A DNA stretch of 64,000 bases from NCBI GenBank assembly GCA_963693365.1, contig CAVNZM010000005.1, positions 1,302,001 to 1,366,000 on the forward strand, written 5' to 3'. This stretch comes from Amoebidium appalachense (taxonomy: Eukaryota; Protista; Ichthyosporea). Position numbers and translations under genes: made by a program. Position 1 is the stretch's first letter; each line of letters starts with the position of its first letter. Shown piece by piece: positions 38,785 to 64,000 of the stretch. Below the pieces are notes generated by a model, which saw nothing but the letters and a program-made list of their open reading frames with translations, searched no databases and was not told the origin of the DNA.

Positions 38785-39195
38785 GTGAGCCAATCAACGC
38801 AAAGAATAAGTGTGTCTATTCAATGACATGAGAAATGTCCAATCACGATGGGGGTACCAACCAGCAGTGGCCGCCACGTTGTGCACACCAACGCTTGAAG
38901 TAATTATAGCTGAAGACGTCATCAGAACCTTGCATAATATTCTGTAACTATAGTAAATAAATGAAATATGGATATTTATTTATATTCAGTACTATAAACA
39001 TGAATATTGCCTGATATAACCTCGGGGATTTGGATTAGTGTTCACAAAGGAAACTAGGTTAAAATGAATGACCAATGGAAACAACCCAAACGATCAGGAG
39101 TAGGACGTGTTTATTTGCATTTTAATTGGGTCGGCATTAACCAATCAGCACTCGGGCAACGTGAAATTCATTGTAGATACGCCAATCAGAATCCA
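38785..39195. promoter_or_regulatory. CCAAT-box-rich promoter region upstream of citrate synthase, possibly bidirectional
   Basis: ccaat at ~38791, 38839, 39073, 39141 and 39182, plus a gacgtca site at ~38915, in repeat-free AT-rich DNA next to the start codon. Confidence 0.45.
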
Positions 39196-40506
39196 GTATT
39201 CCTAACAACACTTGACCCAATTATTTGGTGAGTTACCGTTTTTGGTATATTTCTTTCGCCCGCCCGGCTGGCGGTTGGTTGTCACAAAGTGTTTGTGAGA
39301 TCCATGCTCAGTTCGATGTGAAAAGCACTCAGTTGCACTTTGAAAAGCAAAAGCTCTTCTTTGTCTGTTGTTTATTTACTGTGCATTCTACTAACTGTAT
39401 AGGGCCCTTATGCGGTCCCTTATTATACACACATGCATCACCTTGTGGTTGGGGAGTGGCAGGTCGCTTTTTACTGAGTTTCCGGTGTCCACTTACTGAT
39501 TCAGGCCTCCGGGATCCCGGTCGACGCCCATAACCGCAACTCAAGCTCTAGCTGGGGCAGTTTAGAGTATTTTGGTGCAAGCCTTGTTTTGTGAAGCAAA
39601 CTGCATAGAATAGAGACTCGGCAGCCCTCCAATTGCAGGTTGCGCCAGCTGCCCAAACGTGGCCAATACATATAACAAAGCGGACGTTCGGTTGGGTTCG
39701 GCCACGCATCTAGTGTTTTGTCCAAGCTGTCTCCCAAGGTCCCTTACAGCTTAGCCAGAACTTTCACCTGAGAAGTCTTGGAAAGCGTATACCACCTACA
39801 CTTGCGCTGGAACTCTCGCATCAAAGCTGTGGCTGCCCCCCCCCCCTGCCCCCCACTTTCGAACAACAATTGCAACCCCACAACCACCCAGGCCCAACCC
39901 ACACCGGAGTCCCTTCTGTCCGACCGTTTTCTGCGTCTGCCTCCTAATACCTCCAACTAGAGTTGTTATTTGTGCAACTTGCTAAGTTCATCTCACCTAA
40001 CTGCACCCATCGTTTCCAACCGCTTCATTTTTATAGATACCCTGCATTTTGCCTTGTGAAAGTGCATTTTTTCAACTTCCAGACAGCTGTAGCCGCAGGT
40101 ATTGACCTACATATCTATTCTATTGGCCCGAATCTATGTTGCACTTCAAGCCATGTTGACCTACACTGTGTCGCCTGCTTGATGTGGTGTGTGCTTGTGC
40201 CTCTGCACATGCATCTGGTCTTGTTGGCAGACTGCGGGCTTGTGTTGCTCGGCTGCTAAGAAAATTCACTACAAGTTAGTTCATAGTGCCGTGATTTCAC
40301 CTTGGTGAACGCACTAATGGTGTCAGGTGTGCTAATACGGGGGGTAGACACATACTTAAGTACTCCTTTTGAGCTTAAAGACAGGAGGGGGAGGTATGAA
40401 GTTCTTCGAATCAATCACAACACTGTGTGGTTCGTCTGATGATAGTTCCGATCGCTACCCGGCGACCCAGTTTTGGTTTCCAAGATTTGAGTTCTATTTC
40501 CCCCCC

Positions 40507-40542
<36 letters not shown>

Positions 40543-40940
40543 CCAATCCTATCACCATTAGTACCATCTATATATGTGCTTGATCTCAAACCACCAAACT
40601 TGAGTGAAACCAACAGGAAGTGCCCAAACAAGTCCATACAGGGTAATACTTGCGTAATTACACAAACGAATATGGCCTCCAATAACAGGTGTGTTTATTT
40701 GCCGTATTACCACTACATACTTCTTCCCCTCGTGCTCGGCCCATAAGGACGGCCCTATTCCCAATCCAACACGGGGTGACACTGTACACAGAGCTACAAG
40801 ACGAGATGTGTTCTCCGTCGGCAGCAAGTAACTCAAAACAACAGTATCGAGCCTCCGTTGAACTTAAGAGGCCAAATAGTTCTTCCCTCTTGCCATACAA
40901 AAAGGACATACTGAAAAAAAAAAAACGAGCACTCAAAGTT

Positions 40941-41771
40941 TTACAGATATTTTTTAAACCACTCAGCCGTTTTTGCTGCAGCATCCTCTCTTGCCTTCAC
41001 CACCTCCTCCTTGTCCTCCCTCCCTCTCACCGCAAACCCGTGGTCCGTGCCTGGGTAGCACACAATCTCGCTGGGAACCCCCTCCTCCTTTGCAAACAAC
41101 CCCTTCAGGTTCTCTCGTCCCTTTTCATCGAAAAACATGTCTGTTTCCGACAGCAAAAATAGAGTTGGGCGGGCCAGAGCGTCGATGTCACCAGGCACCG
41201 TAACACGTGAGGGATGGCACCCAACCACCGCATCCACTGCTGGCTCAGCCCCCCCGCCAACCAAAACCGCATATCTGCCGCCAAAACAGTACCCCACAGC
41301 ACCGATTCTCTTTGCTCCCCACTTCTCCTTCAGTTCGCTTATCACCGCTTTTACTTGTGGCAGCACAGCTCCGTCTGTGTTTCGTGCAAAAAAACCAACT
41401 AGGTAGGGTGCTGACGCCATAACCTTCAGCCCTTTCCACAGTTTCGCTCCCACTCCCGGTGCTTCTTCCATCATAAAGTCAAGCCGGTCTGTAGTCAGGA
41501 CCGGGCCGTTCAATATGTCTGGGAGCACAACAGTGAACCCGCTAAGCTCTGCCAGCTTGTCACACAGCAAACGTGCATTGACAAGCGACCAGCCAAAAAC
41601 ATCAGGTAGGAAGAGAATGATTTTGTCTGTGCGTCCAGTGGGTGGGTCGGCTACGTATGCTTGGCGTGAGGCAAGAGTCAACTCTGTGCCTTTGGGCGTG
41701 CCTGTGTGCACGAACCCTGTGGCACAGCAGGGAGGCACTTCGTCCGTGCGTGTGGCTGCTGTCTCTGCCAT
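40941..41771 (-). CDS. Dienelactone hydrolase family protein (intronless)
   Basis: 276-aa ORF with PPCC..G..H.GTPKG, DVFG, the nucleophile motif GYCFGG, HPS, ETD and YPGTDHGFAVR (Cys-Asp-His triad). Confidence 0.93.
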   Translation of the reverse strand: MAETAATRTDEVPPCCATGFVHTGTPKGTELTLASRQAYVADPPTGRTDKIILFLPDVFGWSLVNARLLCDKLAELSGFTVVLPDILNGPVLTTDRLDFMMEEAPGVGAKLWKGLKVMASAPYLVGFFARNTDGAVLPQVKAVISELKEKWGAKRIGAVGYCFGGRYAVLVGGGAEPAVDAVVGCHPSRVTVPGDIDALARPTLFLLSETDMFFDEKGRENLKGLFAKEEGVPSEIVCYPGTDHGFAVRGREDKEEVVKAREDAAAKTAEWFKKYL

Positions 41772-42659
41772 GGTGCAAGTTGGTTACATATGCGAATGAA
41801 AGCTATAAATGAAGTTCACTGGACTGACTCTGAGTGTTGTGTCCCGGCAGACTCACTGAGGAGGCCTTGGTCCCGCGGGCTGGCCCCTGTCACCTACTGA
41901 GGTGACTCGTATTTTTCCTTACACACACAGCGAACAATGGACTCTCGGGACCGTAGAGCCGCCGCGAGAGAAAGCATGCACGCGGTCGCGAGCGTGAAGT
42001 TCAAAGCAGCCCAGGCACCGTCAGTACGTGCCAGGACTGGCCTGGCAGGGGCTGAATCATCCTCGCGCAGTCTATTTTTGGTTGTTGTGCCGGACGGTCA
42101 TGACGTCATTCCCGGCACACAAAAAAAAAAAAAAAAAAAAAATAAAGAAGAAAAGCCTTCGGAAAGGAAAACTGATCATGAGCATTTACCAAAGTTTAAC
42201 GGATAACAATGATATAACTTGTAACCCGTTGACCTTAAAGATTTGTGTGTGCGTGTGTGTGGGTGGGGTGGCGGTGGGGGTGGGTTTGGGGGGGGGAGGG
42301 GGGGAGGGGGGCGGAGCGGGGGCGGTGACAGGGAGGGAGGAAGGCAGGGGTGGGGGAAGGTGGCGCTGGGAACGGTGGGGAGAGGAGGAACAACTGACTC
42401 ACGGGATCCGAACACCCGTGCCAAGTTAGACAATACCAATATGAGTCGGCCCGTCCTCTTGCACGTTCTAATTACATAACTCTGTTCAATCGTCAAGTAG
42501 AAAAGAATGTGGCAAGTGGATGTGCAGCTTAGACCCCTCCCCCCCCCCCCCCCCCCCCCCTTCCCCCTCCCCCTCCCACCACCTACCCACTTACCCACAC
42601 GAACTTTCAAAGACAGGCAGCGGCAGAGAGAAAGAGAGAGAGAGGGAGGGAGAGGGGGG

Positions 42660-43210
<551 letters not shown>

Positions 43211-43725
43211 GAGAAAGTTAGTGGGTTGCCGCTGTGTTTGAGCGGGGGGCGGGGGGTAGCGGGGAGGGGGGGGGGGAGAGAACTATGGCGAGGGAGGGAG
43301 ATGGGGGCGGGAGGGGCGGGAGGTGGGGGGGGAGGGGGAGGGGGTAGGAGAGGTACTAGAATAAGTTTCTTATGGCCCTGAAGCACTAATGTATACGTTC
43401 AGAGCACTCCCCCCTCCCCTCCTCCCCCCCTTCTTCGTGCTCGCTGGCCTGCCGGGCAGCAGTGCTGGCAGCGGCTCAGAGCGCTGCCAGAACCGTTGTT
43501 CACCAAATTTGAATAGTATAAAAATCTTTCCTAAAATGGCAGCCCCGCGATCGTCGATATTGATCGGTCACCTTTTATTGGTTGGACACACCGACTGTTG
43601 TCAACGTGTGCTCGTGTGCACCTGTTTTTTTTTTTTTCGGACTTTCGTAATCACCTATGTTACACGACAACACCTTGTTTGAGATTACTTCATATATACC
43701 TAGTCTTAGATAACTTCAAGTCACA

Positions 43726-45070
43726 ATGGGGCCAAAAGAGCAAGAGCCAAAGTGGCAAGCACAACAGCGGCGCTCGTTCAGCCGTTGGGTAGATTCACAG
43801 TTAGAGCAAATTGGTGCGTCTGAGCTCATACGAGAAGACCTCCTTGAAAAACGCTTTCAAGATGGCCTGACACTGCCGCGTCTATTGGAGTCTCTCTCTG
43901 GCAAGAAAATATTGCGTAACCAGAGGCAGCTTGCTCCAAAAGGCCCTGCAGGCCGGGCCGACAACATTTTTCTGTGCATGGATCTGATAAAGAACGAAGG
44001 CATCAAGCTGGTGGGGGTAGGGGCTACAGATGTGATTCAGGGCTACACAAAAAATGGTGCTTGCGCTTGTATGGTCCCTTATCAAGCACTATAATTTTGG
44101 CGGCGAAACAAACAGCACGGGCTCAAAAACAACCAGCGCATCACCTCTCAAGACACAGCCAAGTGGCGAAGTGACAAATGCAGGCCCATCTTCCGTAGAT
44201 GTGGCACCGGCAGCCGAAACTTGTGCGGTGGACACCCCTTCACCCCAGCGTTCAAACGATCCCCTCCTTGCTTGGGTTAACGAGGTTCTGAAAACACAAG
44301 CACATAGCCCCATCGGCAACTTCACCAAAGATGTCCAGGACGGACATGTTTTCGTTGTGCTTGAAAACCACCTTAACGCAAAATACGGGTTACCCCCACT
44401 GGACCCGACGGCAACCACCGAAGATGTGTTGGCCCAGGCGTCGTTTGTGCACAAGATTCCGCGTCTAATTGATGTGGAGGACTTGGCAGATCCGGACGAA
44501 AAGAGTGTTATGTTGTACGTTTCGTGTTTTAAAAAGTGCGCAGAGGCCCCTCTCCCTCCACCCAAGGAGGTGGCAGCATCGGATGCGACGGTGGAAGCGG
44601 TCGGTGTATCCGAGGAGGCTCCCAAAGAGGTTAAGCTAGACCCCGAGACAACAGCAGTAGTCTACGTGCGAAAACCAACGGTTCCTGGCCAGCATGTGTA
44701 CATGGTTCCCCTGCCGCCAACAACACTTACGGGGCCACGCCGCCGTGAAGTAGCAGTGGGTGGGATGCAGCACTTGGCCTTGTCGCTCGACTGGACCTGT
44801 GCTCCTGACACTGACTGGTACCCGGAGGCAAGCACGTACGAGAGCCATGGGTATGGTTTTGACAAGCAAAACCTGTGGGGGGATCACTGTTGGAAGCTGA
44901 CTGCAAGTGTGGCAGGTTTGAGTGGAAAGACGGAGTTTAGCTTCTATGCGGTATTGACGCAGGAGCCAAGAGGCGAGGTGGTTGAGGTGAGCCTGCCACT
45001 GAAGGCGAAAGTCGGCCACATTAGTGTTGTGGATTTTAACGGTGGCAGTGCTAGCTACCACATTTTGTAG
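43726..45070 (+). CDS. Tandem calponin-homology (filamin/actinin-type actin-binding) protein with an extra C-terminal domain; split by a 1-nt frameshift at the A6 run 44049-44054
   Basis: CH1: WQAQQRRSFSRWVDSQL, FQDGLTLPRLLESLSGK, IKNEGIKLVGVGATDVIQG, continuing in the next frame as MVLALVWSLIKHY. CH2: LLAWVN, IGNFTKDVQDG, IPRLIDVEDLADPDEKSVMLYVSCF. Confidence 0.85.
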
Positions 45071-45255
45071 GTGTAGAAACACATGAGCAGTGTGTTTGTG
45101 GGTTGTAAGTCGTTCTGGTTTTGTGGCAAATTTAGGCTGGACAGTGCTTGGTTAGTTTGTATTTGGGATGGCACTGTTGTTTCGATAGTGACAAGACGTT
45201 CTGTGCGCACTTTTGCACACACACCGTCATACTGTAGCAAAAACATCGATGTCTG

Positions 45256-45286
<31 letters not shown>

Positions 45287-45388
45287 TGCCCACACCCACA
45301 TACACAGAAACAGAAGGACACCCGATACCCACCTTTTTGCACATGGCCACTGTAGCGAAAACTAGCACCTGCCTGCACATACAACAAA

Positions 45389-45430
<42 letters not shown>

Positions 45431-46502
45431 GTTTTGCATATTCAGGCACACACACACACATAACAACACGAACCCAAATTCACATGCACAGGTGCACGGT
45501 TGTGACGTGCGCACACAATGATTTCATGCGCTCGTAGGCATGCATGCATATACATATACACACGTTTTATGTACACTTGCAAACGCGCACACATACACGT
45601 AAGCGCAGGTTCACAAACTGAGTGACAAACACGCCCATGACAGGTTCGTGTCGTGAGCACACATCCCAAGAGCTCCACCATTTGTGGTTCAAAGCAGATT
45701 AGGATTGCTTGTCCACGGCACTGACAAAGGACGGCATATTTGTATTCGTGCCGCCTCTGTCATGATGTAAAGCAGGGCAAACCTAATAAGTGCAAGTCAA
45801 AGCTCGTTTATTAATAATGTTAGTCAGGGTGGCTCTGCCTGCTCTGTAAGTTCATGTGTGTACATAAAAATCCTCAGTGGTGACCCTTTCCATGGTCAGA
45901 TGGCCTGCAGTTTGGCATCTGTGCAACAGAAGAGCATAGCTGCTTACGAGAGGTGATGCGTGTTGCACTAACCAGCGAACAGCGTGTTTTTTGCAACCAA
46001 TGAGAGTTCGCATATCATTTTATCTCAGCCTATCAACTCTTCGCACAATAAGAGTTGCAATCTGAGTGTCCGAGGCTGGGTGGGGGCCGTTCGGTTTTTA
46101 TTTTTTGTGGCTCGCTGACGTAACTTGACTCGTAAGGACGGTAACCCCAGGAATAGTCCTTGTTGAAAATTTTGGGTGAGATAGGGGTTACCAGAAGTAG
46201 TTCTGATACAATACTTATGTTCACTTATGCTTCTGTGTGGATTCTACTTCAAGCAGCTTCCTTTTTATTGGCTCATTCCGTTCGCCGTTCGACCTACGCC
46301 TTTGAACACCACTCAAAACACAGCCAAGTAGGTAGTTACAATGTTACATAATGATTGATGATTGGTAGCTACAGTGTTACATGGTGAGTGGTGAAAGTGT
46401 TACCGTTTTTTGACAATCGACAACACTCGCGGACAGTCTATTGGACACACAAAAAAATACAACTATTACGTTAACCTCAGCTGTTTGATACGTTTTCAGA
46501 GG

Positions 46503-61946
<15,444 letters not shown>

Positions 61947-62039
61947 TAGACGTGTCTATCTCTGCCTTCTCCGCCTCTTCTATTACCCCCTCGTCCTCTC
62001 CCTCCCCTCTCATGCTCTCACTCACTCACTCACTCACTC

Positions 62040-62400
<361 letters not shown>

Positions 62401-62685
62401 TTCCCCATTCCGCCCACCTCCGAGGTCAGGCACACACACACACACTCTCTCTCTCTCTCTTCACACTTTCACTCACTTCACTCCCACCCGACCCATTTAC
62501 TAACCCTGTATTCTCATTATGCAGGGTATTGAGGTCGGCCTACCAGCCGTCGATTCCGAAACCTTCTAGCCAGCCCCCTGCATCTATCCGGGCCCGGTGG
62601 TGGCTACCTCACCTGGTTCTATCCGTTCGAATGCATATTGGCGGGTAGTGTGTGGGTGTGTGTGTGGGGTGGGGTGTGTGTGTGT

Positions 62686-62728
<43 letters not shown>

Positions 62729-63252
62729 ACGTATTGTGCATGGTCTGTGTATGTGTGTGCAATCGGTTGAGAGGGTATGTGGTATAGTGAGTAGTTTGTG
62801 CTCTTGGTGGTATAGAGTGGGGAGGAGCTTACTGTAGTTTTAATTGGCGGATTGGCGATTTTTCGCTGGTGGTTGGGAATGAGTGAGGGTAAACAGGTGC
62901 TAACTTAAGTGCATGTATGACCTAAATCAGTAGACTAATTAGTATTTTGATTTGGTTCTTTATCGTAACGATTTGAATATTACGAAGGCTGCATGTGTGT
63001 TGAGAGCAATTAAGTTGACGTAAAATTGTTGGCACATATGCATTCGATTAATGATGTCATGATTACATTCTCGAATGACGTCACCATGATTGTATCTGAT
63101 GGCTATCGGACCTTTTGGATCCGACTGACATACATTTACTTAGTTAGAAAGTTCAATGTAGTAGTATTTAAAATAAAGGCGAGTATAAAACGATGTGTTT
63201 ATCGAATGTACAGAGACAAGAACCGAATACTGGGTGGGCGGGCGGGCGGGCA

Positions 63253-63285
<33 letters not shown>

Positions 63286-63639
63286 GCATGTGAAGTAAAT
63301 AAAGGTTGATCGAACAGAACTGAAAATCCATCCTAGTCTAGCAAGCGGCAGGGGGGAGTCTCAAGAGGGGTGGGGAGGGGAGGGCCGGAGGGGGGGGGAG
63401 GGGCGGAGGGGGGGGACTCTTACTAAGTACTGCGGCACATGTGTTTATGTCCTTGAAGTTGCCCCCCCTCCCCCCCCCCCCCCCCCTCTCCCCGGCCCCC
63501 CTTCCCTTCCCCCCAAACCCCGAACCCCCAACCCACCCGGCCAGCTTGGGTCCTGAAGCTCATGATACCCCTCTGCCCCTAAAGATACCTCTTGCTTTTC
63601 CCCACGGCCTACCCGTACCAAGCCCTGGGAGAGGCACAT

Positions 63640-64000
63640 GCTCAAATATAATGTGACACATTAGTACAACTTGCCAAATTGTTGAACTCGTGATCCACCG
63701 CATTGTCACGGTGTACCGGGCAATTGGGAAAGTTCTCAGAGTGAGTGAGCACGATGTCGGTTTCATATGTACTACACGTGCAATCTGCACTTTCGAGCTC
63801 ACATATGGGCACAAACACAAATAACTCCCGCAAAAGTGTGCGTGTGACTTTGGACTGCCACTTACTCATTAGACATGTACATAATCACAAAATAATTACA
63901 CAAATGGAAAAAGATACCACACGACACTTGACCCGATGAAACCAGACACCTTGAAAAACTAAGCCTTATGTCTCGTTTTATATATATGATGACCGCCTAC
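63640..64000 (+). mobile_element. Second, degenerate copy of the LINE-like element, cut by the window edge
   Basis: 63806-63997 aligns to 19674-19872 (gtgactttggactgccacttact; caccttgaaaaactaagccttatgtctcgttttatata) with frame-disrupting indels. Confidence 0.75.

Overview
Eukaryotic, intron-dense genomic DNA, saturated with poly-C/poly-G runs and (CA)n/(TC)n microsatellites; most of the supplied ORFs are repeat artefacts. Gene content suggests a unicellular opisthokont/holozoan (inference only). Seven genes can be assembled by hand: a SHIP-like inositol polyphosphate 5-phosphatase (+, 15 or more exons, 5' end probably outside the window), an EGF/Thr-rich/tyrosinase protein (-), an MFS transporter (-), mitochondrial citrate synthase (-, 9 exons), a dienelactone hydrolase (-), a tandem calponin-homology protein (+) and a kinesin-7/CENP-E-like motor (+, 21 exons, with a GC-AG intron and an 18-nt microexon). 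The MFS, hydrolase and CH coding regions lack introns. The most unusual signals are: (1) a family of 5'-truncated intronic elements ending in ATTCAA(A)-poly(C), with a covarying RNA structure that holds hammerhead-like core boxes in non-canonical order; (2) a CH-CH protein whose C-terminus resembles the C-terminal extension domain of marine-bacterial/invertebrate alpha-amylases; (3) many 3' splice sites formed directly by (CA)n+G; (4) a LINE-like 3' end with a (CA)n tail. Two genes carry frameshifts at homopolymer runs, which may be assembly errors.
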